From an uncultured Eubacteriales bacterium (GTDB lineage Bacteria; Bacillota; Clostridia; TANB77; RGIG9151), in contig CAYYWT010000014.1 in assembly GCA_964475435.1 (NCBI GenBank), forward strand, positions 1-20,786: 20,786 nt of DNA. The letters run 5' to 3'. Shown here piece by piece: positions 14,516-20,786 of this stretch; within the stretch, counting starts at the first letter, position 1, and the number at the start of each line of letters is the position of its first letter. The notes under the pieces were generated by a model that was not told the origin of the DNA, did no database searches, and was given only the letters and a program-made list of their open reading frames with translations. The position numbers and the translations under genes are program-made.

Positions 14516-15463
14516 ATGGAAGAAAAATTAATTAGTATTATAGTTCCTTGTTATAATGAAGAAAAAACAATCTCTCTATTTATGGATGAAATATCTAAAG
14601 TTGAAAATCAAATGAAAAGCGAAGTAAATGCTAACTTTGAATATATATTTATTGATGATGGCTCAAAAGATGCTACTGCTTCTATTTTAAAAGATTTTTC
14701 GAAAAAGCGAACTAACTTTAATTACATACTGCTTTCAAGGAATTTTGGAAAAGAAAGTGCGCTTTATGCCGGACTACAAGCTTCAAAAGGAGATTTAGTT
14801 GCGGTTATGGATGTTGACCTTCAAGATCCTCCTCATCTATTAATAGAAATGTACAATTATATTAATTCAGGAGACTTCGACTGTGTTGCAACAAGAAGAA
14901 TTGACAGAAAAGGAGAACCTCCTATTCGCTCTTTCTTCGCACGAATGTTTTATAAACTCATAAATAAAATATCTTCCACAGAAATCGTTGACGGAGCTAG
15001 AGATTATCGTTTAATGACGAGAAATATGGTTAATGCTATTTTATCTATGACTGAATACAATAGATTTTCAAAAGGAATTTTCAGTTGGGTAGGATTTAGA
15101 ACAAAATGGCTTGAATATGCCAATACTGAACGTGTCGCCGGCGAAACAAAATGGTCATTTTGGAAACTTTTTTTATACTCATTAGACGGTATAGTTGCAT
15201 TCTCTACTGTTCCACTTGCTATCGCTTCGATTATGGGCTTAATTTTTTGTATAATTGCTTTTTTAATGATTTTAGTAATAATTGCAAAAACTTTAATATA
15301 CGGAGATCCGGTTGCCGGTTATCCATCATTAGTTTGTATTATATTCCTTATCGCAGGAGTCCAATTATTCTGTATCGGAGTTCAAGGGCAATATATTTCA
15401 AAAACTTACTTAGAAACTAAAAAAAGGCCGATATATTTAGTTAGAGAATCAAATTTAAAATAA
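14516..15463 (+). CDS. GT2 polyprenyl-phosphate glycosyltransferase (GtrB/CsbB-like bactoprenol glycosyltransferase)
   Basis: It has ISIIVPCYNEEKTI, FIDDGSKD and VAVMDVDLQDPP (the D-x-D region), then two C-terminal TM helices (VPLAIASIMGLIFCIIAFLMILVII and LVCIIFLIAGVQLFCIGV). This is the architecture typical of GtrB/CsbB/DPM1-like enzymes. Confidence 0.88.
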   Translation: MEEKLISIIVPCYNEEKTISLFMDEISKVENQMKSEVNANFEYIFIDDGSKDATASILKDFSKKRTNFNYILLSRNFGKESALYAGLQASKGDLVAVMDVDLQDPPHLLIEMYNYINSGDFDCVATRRIDRKGEPPIRSFFARMFYKLINKISSTEIVDGARDYRLMTRNMVNAILSMTEYNRFSKGIFSWVGFRTKWLEYANTERVAGETKWSFWKLFLYSLDGIVAFSTVPLAIASIMGLIFCIIAFLMILVIIAKTLIYGDPVAGYPSLVCIIFLIAGVQLFCIGVQGQYISKTYLETKKRPIYLVRESNLK

Positions 15464-15477
15464 AAAGGGTGAAAAAA

Positions 15478-15900
15478 ATGAAAGAATTAATAAATAAAGC
15501 ATTAAAAATATATAAAGATTATAAAATGCCCATTTTATATATTTTCTTTGGTGGGCTTACGACTTTAATAAATATTGTTGTATATTCTTTGTTTTATTAT
15601 TTTGTAAAAATAGGTAATGTACCCAGTAACATTATCGCTTGGATCTTGTCAGTAATTTTCGCTTTTGTGACCAATAAAATCTACGTTTTTGAAAGCAAAA
15701 ACGCTTCCATTTGGTATGAACTCGCCACATTTTTCGCTTGCCGTCTCGGCACAGGTTTACTAGACCTCGGAATTATGTACTTATCTGTCGATGTATTTAG
15801 CTTAAACGAGTTAATTATGAAAATTATATCAAATGTTATCGTTATTGTGTTAAATTATATTTTTAGCAAAGTAATAATTTTTAAGAAAAAAACATTGTAA
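15478..15900 (+). CDS. GtrA-family small membrane protein (putative lipid-linked sugar translocase)
   Basis: About 140 aa with four predicted TM helices. The FFGGLTTLINIVVYSLF start and the C-terminal basic tail are typical of the GtrA family, and it lies immediately after the GtrB-like gene. The track start is the GTG at 15469; the ATG at 15478, 5 nt after AGGGTGA, is preferred. Confidence 0.85.
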   Translation: MKELINKALKIYKDYKMPILYIFFGGLTTLINIVVYSLFYYFVKIGNVPSNIIAWILSVIFAFVTNKIYVFESKNASIWYELATFFACRLGTGLLDLGIMYLSVDVFSLNELIMKIISNVIVIVLNYIFSKVIIFKKKTL

Positions 15901-15922
15901 GCAAATGCCTACAATGTTTTTT
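15886..15922. terminator. Bidirectional intrinsic terminator between the convergent gtrA-like and 129-aa genes
   Basis: AAAAAACATTGTA (15887-15899) and TACAATGTTTTTT (15910-15922) are perfect reverse complements around a 10-nt loop. The A-tract and T-tract flanks give a U-run in either direction. The stem is AT-rich, with only two G:C pairs. Confidence 0.65.
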
Positions 15923-15934
15923 CTTTACACTTTG

Positions 15935-16324
15935 TTATCTAATGTTGTTAATCTCGTTGACCCAATCGTAAAAATCAAACTCTTTCTCCCTTTCAATAGC
16001 ATTAATTACATTTTTATAAAATTCGTCAAAACAATTTAATTTAGCATATTTAGCCGTAATAATACTAGCGTATAAGTTCTTTTTTTCCCTTATATTTCTT
16101 CTAATAAATTCTTTATACCACTCAATTTCTTCAACTATTCCTTCTTTTATCATAGAGTCTTCTTCACCTTTTATAAGCTCTTCTGCAATTCGTATGCGAT
16201 AAGTCACATTCACAATGTCTTCAAAAGTTCTAAACAACACACTATCACTATTGTTTCCTAAAACTGCGTACGCAGCCGCCAAGTTTACCTTTTTATTGTC
16301 CATAAGTGCATAATAGTTCCGCAT
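15935..16324 (-). CDS. Hypothetical protein (129 aa), predicted helical and acidic, no family recognised
   Basis: The ATG at 16324 lies 7 nt after GAAGGAGGAAG. The gene has its own consensus promoter upstream and a terminator downstream. The protein contains no His residue and no TM segment. Confidence 0.7.
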   Translation of the reverse strand: MRNYYALMDNKKVNLAAAYAVLGNNSDSVLFRTFEDIVNVTYRIRIAEELIKGEEDSMIKEGIVEEIEWYKEFIRRNIREKKNLYASIITAKYAKLNCFDEFYKNVINAIEREKEFDFYDWVNEINNIR

Positions 16325-16379
16325 AGGACTTCCTCCTTCAAAAAAATGAAAAGATATTCAGTAATTTTCCTACGTTCAT

Positions 16380-16408
16380 ATTATACATAACTTTAAGATT
16401 ACTGTCAA
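16380..16408 (-). promoter_or_regulatory. Consensus sigma-A promoter driving the 129-aa ORF
   Basis: On the - strand: TTGACA (16408..16403), exactly 17 nt (GTAATCTTAAAGTTATG), then TATAAT (16385..16380). Both hexamers match consensus 6/6. The leader is ~50 nt and ends in a strong SD. Confidence 0.75.
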
Positions 16409-16438
16409 CTTATTTTAACAAACTTATTTTCCCATTAT

Positions 16439-18556
16439 TTACAAAATTACTTTCCCAACCAAATTAATTAATATACAACAACAAACTCCAACCAAAGTCG
16501 GTAGCAAAAAAGCAACTATCGTCCACTTTAAACTTTGCGTTTCTTTTTTTATAGTAAGTAGTGTAGTCGCACACGGAAAATGAAATAATGAAAAAGTCAT
16601 AGTACATAAAGCAGTAACATAGGTCCAACCATTATTAATCAATATCTCTTTTAACATTTCGAGACTTTCGTAATTTGTCAACATTCCGGTAGACATATAT
16701 GACATAAGTATAATAGGCATAACTATCTCGTTTGCCGGAAGCCCTAATATAAACGCTAGAAGAATTGTACCGTCTAATCCCATAATACTTGCAATAGGAT
16801 TTAGAGCATTAGTACAATAACTTAAAATATTAGCTCCTCCAATCTCCACATTCGCCATAATCCAAATAACAAATCCAGCCGGGATTGCGGTAACTACTGC
16901 CCTCCCCAAAACTGAAATAGTCTTATCAAAAACCGAACGAACAATAACTTTAACAACTTGAGGTTTCCTATACGGCGGTAGCTCAAGAGTAAACGACGAC
17001 GGCTCTCCTTTTAAAAGCGTATTAGACAAAAACTTAGAAACACCAAGAGTAGCGAAAATTCCGATTAAAATTACAAATGTAAGCAATATAGCTGAAATAA
17101 GTGAATTAAAGAACCCAAAACTCGCTGCAAAAAACATAGAAATAATCGCAATTAGCGTAGGAAACCTCCCGTTACACGGTACAAAATTATTCGTAAGTAT
17201 AGCAATTAACCGTTCTCTCGGGGAATCAATAATCCTACACCCAACAACTCCACAAGCATTACATCCAAATCCCATGCACATCGTAAGTGCCTGTTTTCCG
17301 TGAGCACAAGCTTTTCTAAAATACTTATCCATATTAAAAGCAATTCGTGGTAAATATCCCAAATCCTCAAGCAAAGTAAATAAAGGGAAAAATATAGCCA
17401 TAGGAGGTAGCATTACCGAAACAACCCATGCTAAAGTTCTATACATTCCATAAACAATAGCGTTTGCAAATGAAGGGGAAATTTTTATATTAATAAGCAA
17501 AGAATATATTTTATCTTCAATCCCAAACAAAAAATTAGAAATAACCTCAGACGGATAATTAGCACCAACAATTGTAATCCAAAAAACAACTCCCAACAGT
17601 AAAAGCATTATAGGAATACCAAAACGTTTAGAAGTTAATATTTCATCAATTTTTCTATCTTTGTCGTTATATCGTAAATTCCCGACTTTTACACAAACTT
17701 TATAAATTTCTTCAGCCTTGTTCATAACAGAAGTTACAATGCTATCACGTATTTTTCCTTTACTTATGCCATTCTCTTCAAGGTATAAATACATATCATC
17801 CAATTTCTTTTTCAAACTTGGCAAATTAGCAATATCTATATTAAATTTTTCTTTTATCCTCTTACCTAAAGTTTCATCATAATCTAAAAGCTTTATAGCA
17901 AGCCATCTAGAATTAATCTTTTTACCGGCAACTTCGTTAATCTCTCTTTCAAGTTCGGAAATTGCAGTTTCAATCGCATCATTATATTTTATTTTAACCT
18001 TAAATCTATTCTTTTTATTTTTAAACAACTCAGAAGTCTTCTCAATAAGTTCTTTTATCCCTCTTTTAGCTCTCGCCTCAGTTCCCACAACAGGCACTCC
18101 AAGTTGAAGAGATAATTCATCCAAATCAACATTTATTTTTTTCTTCCTTGCTTCATCTAATAAATTAACACATACTATAACATTATCCGTTACTTCTGTT
18201 ATTTGTAAAACCAAATTGAGATTTCGTTCAAGAGATGTAGCATCAACAACTACAATAGTAGCATCTGCATCTCCGAAACAAATAAAATCTCTTGCTATTT
18301 CTTCTTCATACGAATTAGCAAGAAGTGAATATGTACCCGGAATATCAACTAAAGTATAATCATATATTCCGTCACTATAATATCCTCTAGCATTGGATAC
18401 CGTTTTTCCCGGCCAATTTCCTGTATGTTGATTAAGCCCGGTTAAAGCATTAAACACCGTACTTTTACCAACATTCGGATTTCCCGCTAAAGCAATAACT
18501 TTAGACTCCAGCTCACTCTCTTTATCTGTTGACTTAGACTTATGAAAAAAACTCAT
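16439..18556 (-). CDS. feoB: Ferrous iron transporter FeoB (G-domain plus permease)
   Basis: The N-terminal G domain has GNPNVGKST (G1) and DIPGTYSL (G3). The polytopic C-terminal half carries the gate-motif cysteines (GFGCNACGVVGC, VPCNGRFP). A GAGGGA SD lies 6 nt before the ATG. Confidence 0.95.
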   Translation of the reverse strand: MSFFHKSKSTDKESELESKVIALAGNPNVGKSTVFNALTGLNQHTGNWPGKTVSNARGYYSDGIYDYTLVDIPGTYSLLANSYEEEIARDFICFGDADATIVVVDATSLERNLNLVLQITEVTDNVIVCVNLLDEARKKKINVDLDELSLQLGVPVVGTEARAKRGIKELIEKTSELFKNKKNRFKVKIKYNDAIETAISELEREINEVAGKKINSRWLAIKLLDYDETLGKRIKEKFNIDIANLPSLKKKLDDMYLYLEENGISKGKIRDSIVTSVMNKAEEIYKVCVKVGNLRYNDKDRKIDEILTSKRFGIPIMLLLLGVVFWITIVGANYPSEVISNFLFGIEDKIYSLLINIKISPSFANAIVYGMYRTLAWVVSVMLPPMAIFFPLFTLLEDLGYLPRIAFNMDKYFRKACAHGKQALTMCMGFGCNACGVVGCRIIDSPRERLIAILTNNFVPCNGRFPTLIAIISMFFAASFGFFNSLISAILLTFVILIGIFATLGVSKFLSNTLLKGEPSSFTLELPPYRKPQVVKVIVRSVFDKTISVLGRAVVTAIPAGFVIWIMANVEIGGANILSYCTNALNPIASIMGLDGTILLAFILGLPANEIVMPIILMSYMSTGMLTNYESLEMLKEILINNGWTYVTALCTMTFSLFHFPCATTLLTIKKETQSLKWTIVAFLLPTLVGVCCCILINLVGKVIL

Positions 18557-18605
18557 ATAATATCCCTCATTTCTTAGATATTATATGAGCTTTTTTAAAA
18601 ACTTG

Positions 18606-18833
18606 TTAATTTATATCAATCCCTATATTCTTAGCGTCCTCATCACGGATAGCAACGATAGTGCCACGAATCAGATAAGCCGTCGGATCTCCGGCAGGAC
18701 TTGTAAATAATGAAGTAATAGTCGCACCTTTAGTAAAACCTAAATCAAGCAACCTTCTTTTATTTTTCTCGTAATCCATAAGAGACATAACTTTTCCGGT
18801 ACACCCAATCGGCAAATTATTTAGTGTATCCAT
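18606..18833 (-). CDS. feoA: FeoA-family small protein
   Basis: SH3-like FeoA sequence: G..V..L......RRLLDLGFTKGATIT...SPAGDP....IRGT.VAIR.EDA..I. The track start at 18845 has no SD. The ATG at 18833 follows GGAGA (18843..18839), giving 75 aa. Confidence 0.88.
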   Translation of the reverse strand: MDTLNNLPIGCTGKVMSLMDYEKNKRRLLDLGFTKGATITSLFTSPAGDPTAYLIRGTIVAIRDEDAKNIGIDIN

Positions 18834-18867
18834 AATTATCTCCATTCTGTTTTTCAGATTATACTAC

Positions 18868-18896
18868 ATTATATGCCGTGACTCGATTATTGTTAA
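18868..18896 (-). promoter_or_regulatory. Putative sigma-A promoter for feoAB
   Basis: On the - strand: TTAACA (18896..18891), a 17-nt spacer, then TATAAT (18873..18868). A second TATAAT lies 4 nt downstream (18863..18858). The -35 hexamer overlaps the pgeF stop codon (18895..18893). Confidence 0.55.
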
Positions 18897-19621
18897 CCTT
18901 CTTGCTTTAGCATAATATATGCTGCCATTCTTCCGGACTCCTTATCTCCTTTTCTATACGAATAAAACTTATCTGAATTACATACAGTGCAAATTCCCTT
19001 ACATTCGATATTTTCACGTCTTACTCCGCAATCTAAAAGCATTTGAATATTTGAATTCCATAAATCAACGTATAACTTTCCGTTATCCTCAAACGCACCA
19101 ACAGGAAGTAATTTCTTAAACTGACTATATACATCCTCATTTACTTCAAAACAGCAAGGGCCAATAGACGGGCCAATTCCAACTAAAATATTTTCAGGCT
19201 TTGAACCGTATTTATTTACCATTTCACGCACAGTTTCTTTTCCTATAAATTTTATAGTACCTTTCCAACCGGAATGAACAGATGCAATAACTTCTTTTTC
19301 AGGGTCGAAAAACAAAAGTGGTACACAATCAGCATAACAAGTAGCAAGTAATTTACCTTTACAATTAGTCATAATCCCATCATAGTCTAATATGTTATTT
19401 TTAGAATTTTCTTCAATAATTCGTATATTCTTGTCATGAACCTGATTAACAAAAAACATATCTTTTTCCTCGATTTTCAATTCATTCGCAAGTTTTTCCT
19501 TGCTCAAAATAAAATCCGGCGAAATAACATCAATATGCATAAAATCATTTCCACGACAAGTAATCCCGTGAACAATAATATCTGAATACTCCTCAAACAT
19601 CTTAAATTTTACTTGCTCCAT
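18893..19621 (-). CDS. pgeF: Peptidoglycan editing factor PgeF / YfiH (DUF152, purine-nucleoside phosphorylase/laccase-domain family)
   Basis: Conserved motifs present: VHGITCRG, NQVHDKNI, YADCVPLLFFDP, SVHSGWKGT and IGPSIGPCCFEV. The length is 242 aa, and a GGGAGGA SD precedes it. Confidence 0.88.
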   Translation of the reverse strand: MEQVKFKMFEEYSDIIVHGITCRGNDFMHIDVISPDFILSKEKLANELKIEEKDMFFVNQVHDKNIRIIEENSKNNILDYDGIMTNCKGKLLATCYADCVPLLFFDPEKEVIASVHSGWKGTIKFIGKETVREMVNKYGSKPENILVGIGPSIGPCCFEVNEDVYSQFKKLLPVGAFEDNGKLYVDLWNSNIQMLLDCGVRRENIECKGICTVCNSDKFYSYRKGDKESGRMAAYIMLKQEG

Positions 19622-19649
19622 AAAATTCCTCCCACAGTCTACCTTTTTT

Positions 19650-20786
19650 CTACTCGACAGTAACAGACTTAGCTAAGTTTCTAGGTTTATCTACGTCGCA
19701 CCCTTTCTTAACAGCACAATAATAAGCAAACATTTGTAACGGTACAACTCCTAAAATAGCAGCTAATCTATCATCTATTTTAGGTAAATACAAAACCTCA
19801 TCCGCAACTTCACTAATCTTTTCATTTCCTTCTTCAGCAAGAGCAATTACAATAGCTCCTCTTGCCTTTACCTCTTTTATGTTACTAAGCATCTTTTCAA
19901 ATAATTCATTTTGTGTAGCAAGCGCAAAAACAACAGTTCCTTCCTCAATTAAAGCAATAGTTCCGTGTTTTAATTCTCCGGCAGCATATGCTTCTGAATG
20001 TATATACGATATTTCTTTTAGTTTTAGCGAGCCTTCCATAGCTACCATATAATCAAGGCCTCTTCCTAAATAAAAAATATCTCTCTCTAAATGGTGTAAC
20101 TCCGCCATACCTTCAATTATATCCATTTTACCCATTAGAATATCCATTTTTTCAGGAATAGTTAATAATTCATTTACTAATTTTTTCGCCTCATCTAATG
20201 GTAAATTTCCACTTAAAACTCCAAATTTAATAGCTATCATATACATAGCCGAAAGCTGAGTTGTATACCCTTTAGTAGACGCAACTGCAATTTCAGGTCC
20301 TGCCCAAGTATAAATAACATCGTCCGATTCCCTCGCAATAGAACTTCCGACAACATTTACAATTCCTAATATCTTAGCACCTTTCTTTTTCGCATCTCTT
20401 AAAGCTGCCAATGTATCTGCTGTTTCGCCTGATTGACTCACAATAATAACTAAAGATTTCTCATCTACAATAGGATTTTTATATCTAAACTCAGATGCAA
20501 TATCAACTTCAACCGGAATTCTCGCAAAATTCTCGATTAAGTGTTTACCTACCATTCCCGCGTGATAAGCAGTTCCACAAGCAACAATAAAAATTCTGCT
20601 TATATTTTTCAATTTCTCACTTGTCATATGAAATGTATCAAATTCTATCATACCATCTTTTATCCTAGGCATTATTGTATCGTGAACAACTTTTGGTTGT
20701 TCATTAATTTCTTTTAGCATAAAATGCTCATATCCGCCTTTTTCAGCTGATGCAATATCCCATTCAACTTTAAATATATTCTTAGT
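19650..20786 (-). CDS. glmS: Glutamine--fructose-6-phosphate aminotransferase, 3' part (two SIS domains); the 5' end lies beyond the window
   Basis: The C-terminus DKPRNLAKSVTVE is the canonical GlmS end, and two SIS domains are present (VACGTAYHAG, SQSGETADT). The frame stays open upstream of the track ATG to position 20786 (TKNIFKVEWDIASAEKGGYEHF-MLKEI), which matches the glutaminase-isomerase linker. Confidence 0.95.
   Translation of the reverse strand, partial: TKNIFKVEWDIASAEKGGYEHFMLKEINEQPKVVHDTIMPRIKDGMIEFDTFHMTSEKLKNISRIFIVACGTAYHAGMVGKHLIENFARIPVEVDIASEFRYKNPIVDEKSLVIIVSQSGETADTLAALRDAKKKGAKILGIVNVVGSSIARESDDVIYTWAGPEIAVASTKGYTTQLSAMYMIAIKFGVLSGNLPLDEAKKLVNELLTIPEKMDILMGKMDIIEGMAELHHLERDIFYLGRGLDYMVAMEGSLKLKEISYIHSEAYAAGELKHGTIALIEEGTVVFALATQNELFEKMLSNIKEVKARGAIVIALAEEGNEKISEVADEVLYLPKIDDRLAAILGVVPLQMFAYYCAVKKGCDVDKPRNLAKSVTVE

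Noticed and set aside
15151-15420. An 89-aa ORF in an alternative plus-strand frame inside the GtrB-like gene.
   Set aside because: It overlaps the well-supported TM-helix region of the GT2 gene in another frame. It has no SD, and its Cys/Arg/Tyr-rich product looks like an off-frame artefact.
16340-16369. A small hairpin (GAAAA...TTTTC) followed by T7 in the leader of the 129-aa gene. I considered it as an attenuator or riboswitch terminator.
   Set aside because: The stem is only 5 bp with a single G:C pair. The T-run directly abuts the SD. The ~50-nt leader is too short for a known riboswitch class.
16377-16379. An upstream 13-codon mini-ORF (MNVGKLLNIFSFF) starting right after the -10 hexamer of the 129-aa gene promoter.
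   Set aside because: The ATG lies immediately after the TATAAT, upstream of the expected transcription start (~6-8 nt downstream of the -10). It would therefore not be in the mRNA, and it has no SD.
2869-19119. Seven ORFs of 65-103 aa on the plus strand, each lying wholly or almost wholly inside a minus-strand gene: 2869-3105, 5206-5517, 7472-7675, 8178-8411, 10095-10310, 14172-14369 and 18919-19119.
   Set aside because: Each is antisense to a gene with clear family motifs. Each lacks a Shine-Dalgarno site and encodes a low-complexity, F/I/L/S/K-rich product typical of shadow frames in AT-rich DNA. None has a recognisable motif.
19650-20786. The glmS ribozyme/riboswitch expected for a Firmicutes glmS gene.
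   Set aside because: The element lies in the 5' UTR of glmS, and the 5' end of the gene is beyond the right edge of the window. It can be neither confirmed nor excluded here.
1-20786. I looked for CRISPR arrays, tRNA/rRNA genes, IS elements with terminal inverted repeats, toxin-antitoxin pairs and known defence-system hallmarks such as nucleases, reverse transcriptase or STAND/AAA+ NTPases outside RuvB.
   Set aside because: I saw no regularly spaced direct repeats and no cloverleaf-like GTTCGAAT-type segments. There is no transposase or integrase beyond XerD, and every large ORF is accounted for by a housekeeping or envelope family. This was inspection by eye, so short or degenerate elements could have been missed.

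Overview
AT-rich Firmicutes-type chromosomal segment; the lineage guess (Clostridia/Tissierellia-like) rests only on composition, strong AGGAGG-type Shine-Dalgarno sites, frequent TTG starts and gene content. It carries 20 clear protein-coding genes, 18 on the minus strand and 2 on the plus strand, plus one candidate 30-codon ORF. Most are core housekeeping genes: deoB, xerD, an LCP-family wall-polymer ligase, yqeK, cvpA, prmC, a DUF1385 protein, galE, an RluA-family pseudouridine synthase, ruvB, a 6-phosphofructokinase, feoA/feoB, pgeF and the 3' part of glmS, which runs off the right edge. I see no rRNA, tRNA, CRISPR array, transposase, prophage or recognisable defence gene. Five things are not ordinary. 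(i) A 986-aa fusion protein combines a GT2 glycosyltransferase, a long TPR-like array and a zinc-ribbon/methyltransferase-like domain; it sits directly downstream of galE and abuts DUF1385-prmC. (ii) A GtrB/GtrA-type pair on the opposite strand has its own promoter and terminator but no GT-C partner. (iii) A 129-aa orphan gene lies behind a perfect TTGACA-17-TATAAT promoter. (iv) A 170-aa orphan precedes pfk. (v) A 30-codon ORF has the best SD in the window, and its last three codons and stop are set by a G9/C9 homopolymer. Overall this is mainly a core-genome window. The 986-aa protein and its envelope-glycan context are the best candidate for something undescribed, but nothing here can be shown to be a new system from sequence alone.
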